From: Klebsormidium nitens
Lineage: Eukaryota; Plantae; Klebsormidiophyceae
Assembly: GCA_000708835.1 (NCBI GenBank)
Contig: DF237393.1
Coordinates: 13,324-77,323, forward strand
Direction: 5' to 3'
Length of the DNA: 64,000 bases
Position 1 is the first letter of the stretch, and every line of letters starts with the position of its first letter. Below are positions 37,701 to 50,000 of this stretch, piece by piece. A program made the translations under genes and the position numbers. The notes under the pieces were generated by a model. It worked only from the letters and a program-made list of their open reading frames with translations, had not been told where the DNA came from and did no database searches.

Positions 37701-39584
37701 AGAGGGGGAGCTGCACATATATGCTCAAGCGGCCCCAAACTATCGACTGGTACCTAGTTGACTGGTCTTGCTCTGGCGAGTAGTGAGGTTGATCCTATAC
37801 GTGAGTATGCATTCTGATCTTTGCGCATGAAGGCCCCTTTTTCTGCCGGACTTGCTCAAGGGAAGCGTCTGTTTGTAAGTCATAGCTTACTTCGTTCCTA
37901 TCTATTTCGACTGTCCTTGATGTCACCCTTTACACCTTCTAAGAAGCAGGAAATGGTTAAAGACGTTGTAGATGAGGCTGGTCTGTCAGATTACAGTCTA
38001 TCCATTCAACAAATAAAGCTCTCGTTACCTGTGCAGTGACTCTGATCTTCTCGCTGAAGGCTTCGTCCGCTTTGCGCTTCCTCCCAAACCTGAGAGGTCT
38101 GACGTTCTCTCTGCTGATGTCGACATCCTCGACGGTGAGTTGAAGTGCGCGCCAAGCGTCTCCCGATGTTTCCCCGTAGTCGTAAAAGATGCTTTGCACA
38201 GCCTGCAAACAAACCAGTTGGTGTAAAGATCAGTAACAACAAAATTGCCAGGAATTGCTCGCGATGAAAAGATAAAGTTGATCAAGCTGATCATAGACCG
38301 ATGCAGTTTTCTGCGAGTCTTGTAATCAAGACATGAAGTCATGTTGAATCTGAACGTGATCCAACATAAACAAATCAGGTCTTCGAGAGCTCATACGTAG
38401 TTGGGAATGGACAGTGCTAAGGTACGTCCTTAAATCTGTTTTATTCAATGTGATTTTTGGAAAAGATCGTAGCCGTCGAGTAACTGTAGAATCCTTGTAT
38501 CCTTACCAAAGGAGTCAAACCAATCAGCTTGTCTCGTGGCAGGACACCCCTTTGCCAGGAGTAGTCAAAATCCAGGTCATAAAAGGACTCCCAGGCCCGT
38601 GGGTTGGGTTATTTTCGTTTTCTGTAGATCCTTCTTCCAAGTCTTTCGGATTCGCCACGGGGCCATGCGCAACGATATCCGACACCTCAAGATTTGAGAA
38701 GAGGCCCCGTGTCAACGTGACATCATTGTTGCCTGCAGTCAACAAAGAATACTTGACAGTTTGAGGTCCTTGCTGAGAAGGGGAAAGATGATCTGTCCAG
38801 AACGAAGACCATTTGCTTCTGGATGCCTGTCAAGCAGGTTTGAAGACTAGGCCTATGCTGCTTCTTCTACCGTCAGATAAGAGTCGTATCCTTGCCGTTT
38901 GCTTGATCTGCAGTGAAGAGTAAGATTTTGAAGCCTGGGTGTTGCAGCCAGCACCTGCACATTATGCTGGTGAAACGCAAAGAAGGGAATAGACCGCACT
39001 ATCAGCCGGCAGTATTGGAGAATGATGCATAGACTGTGACAAGCATCGGGGGTTTACCCACTTTTTAATGCTCCCAGTTGTGGTTGGAACAAGATTATCG
39101 CCTGCTGCTCCTGAAGTGCCTCTGCAGAAACAAGCAACGACTCACCTCCGATCTTGCTGACGAAGGTAATCTTCCCCTGCTTCTTCTTGGGCCCAGCCAA
39201 GAGCTTGAGCACTATGGCTTTCGCGTCATGAGAGGGGACGCAAACGCTGCCTCCACAACAGAAGTTTTCTGGATACACTCCCCTCAGCTTTTGTTCAAGA
39301 AGGTCATGTTCTAGTGCTCCGTTGTGCTCCTCTCCTGCGTCCAAGTGAGATCCATTGTCCGGAGTCGATTCTTCCAGGTAATCATCACATGCGGTCGCTT
39401 CTGCATCAGGGTAATACTGCTGTGGACCTTCTTCTGGGAAGCCCCAAGGCGCCTCCTGAAGTTCTGGCCGGTAAAACTCGTTGAAGTCGAGCTTCACGAG
39501 GGTCCCCAGGCACGCTCCCTTGTCTGATGCTTGGAGAGCTCTTTGCAGCTTGGTGTAGACCTTAACACCAGCGAGAGGCTCCAT
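34735..39584 (-). CDS. Diverged fourth member of the 2OG-Fe(II) dioxygenase family (distal His replaced by Tyr)
   Basis: Exon fragments in family order: MEPLAG...FCCGGSVCVPSHDAKAIVLKL; ...QYNE|VLFLRPIL...SGEGASFKHHADT...IGTLVVCLPSEHLG|GEMVV...QWAAIPQDCSYEVK...YRVTLTF; HVAVLLRHSY...LKGCDWQLYE; YAFSNEDIEWL; last exon GVPERKIFKVYFQIALVIDLRSVQNAE* (TAG 34735-34737; compare SVPGKELKIYLQAAMIVDLR in copy 2). Some internal exon borders (38000-39200, 35100-35360) are uncertain. Confidence 0.72.
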
Positions 39585-41052
39585 TTCCTGAATCACTACA
39601 ACGTACGTAAGTGATTGACTTTGTTATCCATACAAGGCGCCGACGCGTACAGGGCCGGCTTCGGACGCAAAGCGCAGCTCACGCGGCCGGTCGGAGGTTC
39701 GAGGGTTTTGTATCTGAGCCCAGCCGGACGGCGGCCGTGCCGGATAGCGCCAGGCTTGCCGCCGCGCGGCGCTGAGCGGCCGGGGCGGCGTTGGACGCCG
39801 ATTGATCCGTCACTGGGTCAGCGTACTTCGGAAGATCGAGCCACCTAGCAATTGCCAGAGTGCTTTTGAGCAACAAGGGCATTGGAGGCAAATAGGAGAC
39901 AAGCAGAAGGATAGATTGCAAGAATGGGCACATGATTGGCGTTTGCTTGAGAAAGGACAAATAATAACAACCGTAGTCATCCACGACCTGAACGCGTGTT
40001 TGAGCCAAGTGCCTCATTACTTACGTAGAGAGTGTTTGGTAAGGTCGAGCTACTCAACCGACAGTAATCCAGAAGCCACGATTGACTGAAGGATCTACTT
40101 CAAAGACATGATAGAAGACAACGCTGGGGCCCCAGAAACCAACCGTCGGATATCATCGCCGAAGTCCATCTGCGGCAGATCATAACCCGTGATTGCGACT
40201 CAGTCCGCCCTTGTTTAAACCGCCATTGCCCTACCCTTAATCTGGTTGTGGGCCGGGACTACAAGCAGCTGAATGCACCAGAACTTCAAGAAACCTTTGA
40301 TTGCGTAGCGTGTATACTCAGCTTCCTATACAACGTACGCAAAGCTCGAGAATTGAACGTCCTCGTTATTTCAAGTTGCCGGCCACCGTCTGGATTTATG
40401 CATACTAAAACAAGCACGGCAATCTACAGGGATATCCTGACTGATCGGATGATCCCCTAATCGACATAAGCAAAGGGCTACGCAGAAATCTCTATTTCCC
40501 GGCCGGCCCGCACATGCTATGTAGCCACATGTGCAAGTTGATGTGCAGACAAGACGTTAAGGTAAAACTTAGGCACTTGTAAGTTGGGAAGCGAACATGT
40601 TAGTATGATGAGGAGCCATGCATGCACGCACCATGATGTAAAATTGGTCACGCACCGTGCTATTCCCGGCCAGCTCCGTCCCGAATGGGCGGTTTAACAT
40701 GGCATAGTAGCTTTTCAATGCGAGCGAGGAAGCATATGCAATTTCAAGCAGTCAGCTGGGATTCTTCATTAGATGTCGCATGTACACCTTGATCATTTGC
40801 AAACCTCTTGATTTTTCCTAGATGCGCAGATCATACATGGCGTGACAACTTGAACAGCGCAGGGTATGTGATGCGCTGAAGTGCAAAATCGGGTTGAATT
40901 ATGGATTCGGAATGCAGGCTTAGCTTCGCATAGCCTTTCAATGGGACCTCAATTCAATGTACTGTCTGCGTCATCATGACGCCATCCGCAAGACACTAAC
41001 ATCCGACGGCCTCTCAATGCTTCGGTCAAGCCTTGCGGTTCTCATTAGACCT

Positions 41053-44000
41053 CTATATATGGAGATTCTCAACAGCAGTGGCCGCCCCGTTTGCAAGTTT
41101 CCCAGCATTCTCCTCTGGCAGCAACTCTGGATGCTGCACTTGGGACACTGGGAGGCCCACGACCCCAGAGCTTTTTGGTCCTTGGAAGTAGGTGGAATAC
41201 GGGAAGTAGCCAGAACACCGCTCCTTCCATCCTGCGAGAATCAGCGAGAATCAGCGAAGTTGTCAGCCAACTAGGTTGAAACAAGCCTCTTGCATCCCAC
41301 TCTAGTACGCTTTGGAAAGAAGCTTGCCTCGGATTGCTTGCTGTGCCGAAGTGTGGACGCATATGTCTCTGCTCTAGCATCTGAACTCCCACTCCTACAA
41401 CCAGTCATGCTCGTCCTGCAACGATAACAAGCATGCAAAAGTGCTTCTACCATTTCCCGGACGTTTTCGTAAGCTTGCCAGCAGCCAGGAGCTCCTGTTG
41501 AAAACTTACGGGCTGCCGCCTTCGCATCCCCCAGCTTTTGTTGCAACAGCCGGTGCACTCGTATACAGTCCTTGAGCTCCCACGTCTTTACCCCCTCTGC
41601 AAGGGCCTCATCCCTGAACGTAAGAAAGCGCTTGGGTTAGAAATTGTCCAGCAACTGGATAGCCAACTCACAGCTTTTCAATTCTTCTTGTGCGTTGAGA
41701 TCCGGAGGCGCTGAAGGAGCCGCACAGTCTTTGACTTCTGAGTCTCCTTCAGGGGTGGCCGTCGGTCTTCCAATTGTAGAGGCGTAAGCTGGAAGGAACA
41801 CAACAAGTCCGCTGATACATCTAAGCAGTCCCGAGCTTCCAGAATGACAACAACAGCTTTCTAAGGCAACAGTTGTGTCAAACAAAGCACAGCGGAAAAG
41901 AGCCTCGTTCCTGGATGCAACCAGGAACACAGTTGTCTCCATGACCAAGTCTTTGCCTCAGGCACCAGAAGAACCTCTGCTTTCAAAGTTACTCGTCCTT
42001 TGAATTAGAGAACCTCCCAAGATCAGTTTAACAAGTACGAACGCAGGCACTCACTTGCCAGCCCCCCTCGCCGACGCCTCTTCTACGATGCCGACCGCCT
42101 CGGCCGTTCGACTACAATCTAGAAGCACGACAACCTCCGCAGCGGCTGCTCGATGTAGTAAAGATCCTGGACAAACGAAGGAGAGTGTTCCGAGGATTCA
42201 GAAACAAGCGGAAGGCAGCTGTGCAATCAGGAATCGACACAATCTCGTGGAACAAGCAGGAAAAGAATGACTCGTGCAAACAGTTTGAATCACCTATTAG
42301 CACAACAATCCAAACAAGCAGCAAAAGCAGTAACAAGAGCAGGCTAAAGGATACAGGAAAAGGATGAGCCTCAAAGAGCAGCAAGGCGGCACGAGACGGC
42401 GAATGGAAGGAGCCCAAAACGCCCTTTGAACTCTTCGAACTCTCGTCGTATCAATGGTTCCTAAGTAAGGGAGATGAACGCTATCACGAGACTCTGAAGA
42501 GAGTATGCCACGGTTTCCTCCTTTACACCACCGTGGTTGGAGAGCTTTAAGCAGCAGGGTATTAGCAACCCCACCAATCGCTACACATAAACTCAAAATC
42601 TCTGTCTAAACCTTCTTCGAAAGCTCTTTCTGGATTTCTCCTTTCACGAATTGCTCCCCACGACTTCGCTGATCATGTCCGATTTCTTTTGGGGCCCCAG
42701 ACTTCGCTCAGGCATTTGCTGCGTTGCCTTGGTTGTAAGGACTTTTCCACTGCTCACCGGAGTGCTCCTTGAGGAAGGCCTCGTTGTATTCTTGGAGCGA
42801 CTGCCCCGCCAGCGCTGTGATCTCTTTCCGTTCCTCCGCAATCACGCGGTGCACCAGCTCAGCCGACTCGGAGTCGGGGGCTGGTGACGTGTCTACTGTG
42901 TGGAACAAAGTGACCTGGCAACGAATGCAAGGACGATCAGTTGGGTGCGATGTCATCGATTTTCAGAGTTGACAGGACCCTTCTTTCTCGACGCCCTTGA
43001 ATTCATTCCTTGCGGTGCATGTTTCCCAAAAGGTAATCACATGACGTGGTGTGATAAGACAAGTGAAAGAGAATCGTATTCTCAGATCAAGGTCTTGATC
43101 GAGGCAGCGCCTATGGCAAAGAAAGCCGATCAAAGAGTACGAAGCGGTGCCTTCATAGATGGACGCACGTTCGGATACTTTTTCGAAAACTTCAAACCAA
43201 ACCAACCGATCCCTCTTGAAAACAGGTGGTGTGCAATTTTAGTCTTGGGCTCATAAGCTTGAGACCACATGCGTCGCAAGCACAAAACTCGTGGTACATG
43301 TTCAGGGCAACTGATGGTTTCGCTCTCTCACCAGGCTTCTATGAACGTCCGGATGCGTAACATCTATTGACACGAGTCGCTTTACTGCCTGCAATGACAA
43401 GGACAGAAACATGGTGAGCGACTTGATTCAGCAGAAGCGAATAAAAGCACCGACTATACACTTGCTCCGTCCTTCACAGTGGTGCGGCAAGCTATCAGGA
43501 TGCTCTTCTAAAGAAAAGGCCCTTCTAAATAAAAGCGACAATCTTGAAGATATGACGCTACAGTAACGTCTCTGACCCACCAGGAGCGCTCCTCCGACTG
43601 TGGATCAAGAATCTCTACCAAGAGCTTCAGGAACTTTCTTACTCTTGCCTTTCATGTGCAAGCGAATTTCCTCCTGGAAGAGCAAGCACGTTATCCAACT
43701 TGCGCTCGAGCGGGATATCTCGTTAGCTTTCACAAATTCTTCCACTTCTGTTGGGGCGATCATTACCTGCAGTGCTAGCAGCAGTTTCTTTTTCCGGATG
43801 TACAGCTCGAAGGCTAGGAGGTGCGTCTCGATGGCCTGCGCCGCATGCTGCTGGAGCAGCTGCAGGTACTGCACCGACTCCGACAGCGGGTCCTCTACCT
43901 GAAAAACAAAGCAGACGACTTTTTTATCATCGTCCAACATCCTGAATACTTTTGACAACCCCTTCAGGGTATTCACAAGCTCGATAGCAAGTTACTCACT

Positions 44001-47000
44001 CGCGGAAGCCGCTCCGAGTGGGCAAAAAATTCGTCTCACCAAGATACGGAAACAACTCAAAGAGTGTGTAAACATTGAGCAGTCTCCACCAACCTGCGAC
44101 GAAAACGTCGTTGGGCATGCAGAATCACTGCCTAAGGATAGGCAAAGCGCTTTGATAAATGCAGAATCACTGCCTGAGGATAGGCGAAGCGCCTCCTCAG
44201 AACAATCAAAAAGGAAACACCAGATCGCGAATCTGCATCGAGATACTAGGAGTCGGTCTTTACCTGAGCCAGCTTGTCGCCATGCGGATCCGGATCTGCG
44301 GGCTTCACAGCTTCGGCCTTGGGCTTCTTCCCGCCTTTCTCTTTTGCGGCCGCAGCAGCCGCTGCCGCTGCCGCCTTTTCCTCCTCTTCTCGCTTTGTCT
44401 CCTCGGCCTGAACAAAGATAAACCAGAAAGTATGGTAAGGCAACCAAAAGTCTGACATCGTCTGCAATGACCGTCAGCTGCATGGGGTACTTTCAAAGGA
44501 TTAGCTAATGCAAAGCTGGCAAGACGAGTACTGCAAAGCAGTCACTGCTAAACTACGAGTCGGAAGTCCCGAGGTGGCCCCAATAAAGCGCGCCTGCCGA
44601 GCCAGCGGACAAGTTTCTGGATAAGGCGCCATGTCTTGACCATTGTTCCTCAGCAAGGAGACATTGCAAAAAGAGCCATTGAATCCAAAATCCAACACGA
44701 GGCAACGTGTCAGATGAAGCGACGTTCAGAACAACCTATCCGGCTCTTGAGTCTCAGCGTTCGAGCTTCGAGCGGACATTTGACCTCTTATGAAAGAAAT
44801 GTGCCAATGGTTCTTTCACACTGCAGATGAAGACGTTATGGCACCTTTTTTGCCTTCGCCTCAGCTTTTCGTTGCTTGGCCCTCAGCTTTTTCCGTTCCA
44901 AGGCGCTGAGCCCTGAGTTCGCCCCGTCGGCGTCATCATTGTCACCTTGCGCCGGCTTGTCAAATAGAGCAATGTATGTCCTGTAAGGATGGAGAGACGT
45001 GGCCTTAGGCACGATTTGCCGGCAGAACGGAAGCTCACACACGACAGAGCTCGTTCCCTGCATAAATTGTATCTTACACTGCAGGTTTTTTGCACCACTA
45101 CTCCGCTTGCATGAGTTAGTAACACAGAAAGCAATGTGTTGTGCAAGTCCCTCCAAGACGGGTTCCGAATGCAAAGCAAAACAACGGCTCTCTTTTGCAG
45201 AATGTCAGGGGAGAAAACCGACGACAGTTCCTCATATAAAGTCGGGACAAAGCCGATGGAACCAGCCGACAATGCCTGTACTCAGTACCGTGCTTCACAC
45301 CCCACGAACAGCATGAAGCCACACTTCGGAACAAGAAGTTGAAGTTTCTACATTTCACTTTAGCTCAAACACGGGTCCGCAAAGGGCACATCTTTTATCT
45401 GACAAAGGGTAGCAAGAGAGACGAGTAAGGAGCGTGAGCACCCACCTGATGGCGCCTGCGGCTCCCTTGCAGAAGAACTTGAAGCTGTGCAGGTGGTCCT
45501 CCATGCGCAGCATCTTGATGTACGCGCGCAGCGTCATCTTGCGCAGGCAGTAAGTGTGGAAGTCGAACTGGTCCTCAATCTGCAGCCGGCCAATTGGGGC
45601 GTTAGCACAAACCAAGCGCAGTGGGCCACATGCTTGCAATCAATTCCATCGGGGCGATAGATTGCAAGAGAAATGGATTACGCATTGAGGTCCTAAGAGG
45701 AGCCTACAAAGCCCGCAGAGGAATTGTCGAAGCTGCTCTGCTTACAAGTCGTTTCGAAGATGTGCCTTGAGGAAGATTGGCTGCATGAGATTCTGGACAA
45801 AGCGTCGCCTTGGGAAAGAACTGAAAAGACAGCGCTGGGCCACAGCCCCTGTAAGGTCCTCACCATGTCCGCATAGTGCTTCTCGATTGCAAGGTACTTT
45901 TTGAGCGCCTTCCCATAGGCACTTTGCCGCAAGTGACTATCTCCGCTAGCAACTTCGTACCTGTAGAGCACCGGGGATCGAGTAAGCTTCGCAAGGAATG
46001 GAGACGATGGATAAGTCAAATAACAACCAGTGAGCAATAAAGCTGACTTTGCTGGACAGGAGGCCGCGCTACTACAGAGTCAAGAATCAACAGGACTGGA
46101 TGCTTAGTACTGGCAAAGGCCTTCCATGCACGCCAACCGACGGCCACCAGTAGCAGAGGCCCGACGAAGACATCAGAGAACGCTAGGTGGGGAGCTGTAG
46201 CCTCCTCAGGAGCAGCTGCACTTAACTAACACTTCTCTTAAGACAACAGAATCCTTTTCAGCCTTCAACAGTAATCCTGCCCGTCAGACAAGCGTGCCAG
46301 CTGGCTCACCACATACACTGCATATCAAACAGGCTGTTGTGCTGCTCCCCGTCTTTCGTAAACAGCGCCGCCGTCCGCTCCGCGTCCTCCACCTGGTCAG
46401 CACCCAGGAACCGTTTCACTGCCTCGTTATTCAGGTACCGGTCCGCCAAGTCGAGCGACCGGGCCTCCTCCGCAAGCGCCGCCGCTGCCGGGGCGTCGCC
46501 TCCGTGCCGCAGAATTCGGGCCTGCAACAAGGAAATGGCAGGGTTGAGAAAGGTCTGAACCTTCCCGTCTTCTTAACAAGAAGCTTTGCAGTCCAGGGGT
46601 ACCACAGAAGTGAACAATCATGCCAAAATCCGAACACAAGGTTGGCTGATGGAACCCAGCGCTCAGGTTTGAGAGGAACCCACCTTGACTAGGTAGAGAT
46701 CAGGGACGGTGGGCGTGTGCTTGATGGCTTCCTCGACCTTCTCCAGCGCGACGTCATAGAGCCGCCGGCGGTCATAGTGCTGCAAGGAATTCACAAGGAG
46801 ACAACTGTTTCAATGGACGCGACAATCGGTGCTTGAAACAAAGTCATTTGGCAGACTGCTGCATCTACAGACAACAGCAGTGCCTGGGCATACAAAAGGC
46901 TCCTTCCCTTGAGCGCGAACCTCCGTTTCGTGCAAGTCTTCCGCTCTTGTTTTGTTGTTGATCTAAAACAAGCCTGATTTCGCTTGTGGCGCCTCAAGGA

Positions 47001-50000
47001 CAGACCGTTCAGCATTAAGCAGTGCAGAGCACCGGCGAGCCCCAAGGAGGTTGCAAACCTGTGCGAGAAGAAAGAGCGTCCAGAGGAGGGTGGTAGGGGG
47101 CTCTGGGTCTGTTGACGACGAACTGCAGGCACATAGAGAGGCGGTTGGAGAGAGGAAATGAACGATGACGGCATGCATGCGGCCGTTACTAGCTGTCGAA
47201 GATATCCACAATGCTTTGCAACTTGACGTTCAAAACCGTAGGTAGTTTTGTATTTGTCTCGATTGTACCAAAATGACAGAACGGTGATCCACATGGCAAA
47301 TCGAGTGGACTACAAACAACCAATCATCTTGAACAATCCAGCCATCCTCTGAATTATGTAATCAACCCCAGGGACACCAACTGAGATAGACCCTTCGAAG
47401 TGAGCTTCACGAAAGTACGCTGCGTCCAGGAAGCCCACCTTGATTCGGCGGGAAAGCGCCCCTCTTCCCTCAGGCTCGTCTCGAACCGTTTGAACACGTC
47501 GTCCATGATGGCGGCCTTGCCAGGCTGGTTGTACAGCGGCTTCAGATCCGAATACAGCGACGGCACACCCTGGAGCAGAGGAAGCGAGCAAACGGTCGAC
47601 CACTTGCTCCAAAATGCAGCTGACTGTGCCAAAACGTCAAAAGAATGTCAAACGAACTCAACAGGATCGACTTGGCAGATGCCGGACGTCACCCTTACAA
47701 CTGAATCCACAACCAGACGCCTCCGCAAACCCCCTAAGGTAGCACGAAGCCCACGTATGCGACTTGTTCTTCACAGCGCACTGGCTGCCCGTACCCAACA
47801 ACGCTGACAGCGACGGAGTGTCAGCAATTCAAACAAACGCTTTCAGAACTTGAGCGGCTCCGCTTCAGAACGCTGTGAGCGACTTTGCCTCGCTAACAGC
47901 ATAACCGGCAAACAGTTGAGAACCTCGACATGTAAACCCAGCCGAAGAGGGCCGTTCTTGGTTCCGTTCTCTTGGTTTTAAGAAAGCAAAGCAGGGGTTA
48001 CCTTCCGAAGGAAAGCTGGAAGATACTGGCTGATTGCTTTTCGGAAGTCCTCCCCTTCTATGAAGTCGAGCGGAATCCTCTGCACAGACGGGGGATGTGT
48101 GTTCGTTTCAGCGGGCAAAATTGCAACAGCCCTGATGGTTCCAGATCCATGTAAGGTCACGAGCTCCGCTGATCGACAATAAAGCGAAGCTCAGGTTTAA
48201 ATCAAACCCGAAGTAACACTTGCAAGCCAATGCATCACAAGCGCAAGCTGCAAACTTGCAGCGTTTAGGCAGATCTTCACACCAATAAAGAGTACGTCCA
48301 AAAGGGATTGCAAGGCTCTGTCTGACAAACATGGCCTCTTTGAACATCATGCGAATACGAAATCTCGGTTCCGAAAGCAGGTCCCGAGATCACTGCCACC
48401 CACGGAAACCAGGAGAGGCCGTACCTTGACCGCAGCCGATCGTGGGAACCTTTCTAGCAGCTCCTTGTACAGGGTCTTCAACTTCGCAACCTGGTTGTCG
48501 TCCCATGTCCCTGCGGACGACGCCTGAAGTCCGAGTGCGGCCTCCAAACCGCGGTAGTAGCTGCAGGCGCATAAGATTCGCAGTCAGCAAGTCCGCACTT
48601 GCTTCACTCCAGCCGGCAATATTTTGGAAGGCGCTGGCTCGGATGGACTCAACGATGAAGACGGCTGCTAACCATGTCTTGACAACCATGACAATGATCT
48701 TACTAAACTGGTCTGACATCGAACTTTCTTTGCGCAGTGCAAAGCCTGGTGCGGCCAATCATCTCAGATTGGAGCAATCCCAGAAAAATGCGCAAGCCGG
48801 GTATGGAACCTACTTGTAGTTGTCGGAATTGATGGCCAGTAGGTACCGGTACTCCTTCTCGGCTTCAGCGTTGCGGTTCAGCTTCAGCAGCAGCGCAGCG
48901 CGTTGCTCCCGGATGGACAGCTTGTCAACCTAGAGAAAGCAACCATCCAATCAGTCAAGGATGTTACGAGTAAAGGCGCCCAAGATTTCGCTGCCTCCTT
49001 GACACAGAGTGACACGAACAATCCGTTCATGACTAACTGAGGATAGACGATGGAAAATCTTGAAGCCAATTTTCGCTTGCTCGACAGCAGTGTAATTGTG
49101 CAACGGGATTGTTGCCGGGTCTGTGTTGCGGACTACGTATCAGCATGTAAGCTTCGAGGGCTACGGCCGGTGTTTCAAAGGCCGCAGTTCTTAGGACTCA
49201 GTTGCTTACGATTTGATCGCTGTTCTCCTTTAGCTGCCTCAGGGCCTGCTCGAACTGGCCCGCTTCCTCCATCAACATAGCCTGCACAGCGAGGAAGAGT
49301 GGCATCACACCCATATTCGCTGAAGAGCTGAGCCAAAAAGTAAGCGACACCTTTTGTTCCTGCTGAATGATTCGAAAACCAGGACCTGTAGAGATCTCCG
49401 ACATCGTAAATGAGAACGGCGCCCTAGAGTGCCGCATGTCACCCTTCTGCTCCAAAACAGTGTCCGTTTGCCAATTTTGCCCGTGTCTTCAAGCAGCTGA
49501 ATCGGCAACATCTTCGATAAAAGTCATCCGTATGACTTCGGTGCACTTTCAAAGCTGGGGTGCAGAAAAACAGTGGTTGCGAAGTCTTGCCTTGTACAGA
49601 AGCATCTCGCTGTGCTCGTAACGTTCGCTGTCAAGGTACTCCTCCACAGTCTTCTCGTAAGCCGTGATGATTTCAACTGCCACATGCTGCCTGCACATGC
49701 CCAACCGCAAATGAGCCTCGATTGACAGCGCTAGCCAACCAGAACGACTTTGAACAAAGAATACAAGCCTCCCTCACCTGCCACAACCGAACTGGGCTCA
49801 CGAACAGTCAACCAGCTGGTTTCGAAAACACACCGGTTGTTCATCATCAGCTCGATCATCGAAAGAAACGGGTGCTCCCATCTACAGAGTTCCTCGGAGT
49901 TCGTGTTTGTGGTTGCGAGACTGCGGAGTGGAACATGGTCCCCTTTTCTTCACTTTCAAGCACGTATTGCAGGGCAACAACCCAAGACTGCGCTGTCGCT

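Noticed and set aside
39802-40089. 95-codon plus-strand ORF upstream of the fourth oxygenase
   Set aside because: No ATG-led start, splice support or recognisable motif.
44330-44380. Poly-Ala/GCN run in NAA15
   Set aside because: Ordinary low-complexity linker in the charged region of NAA15.
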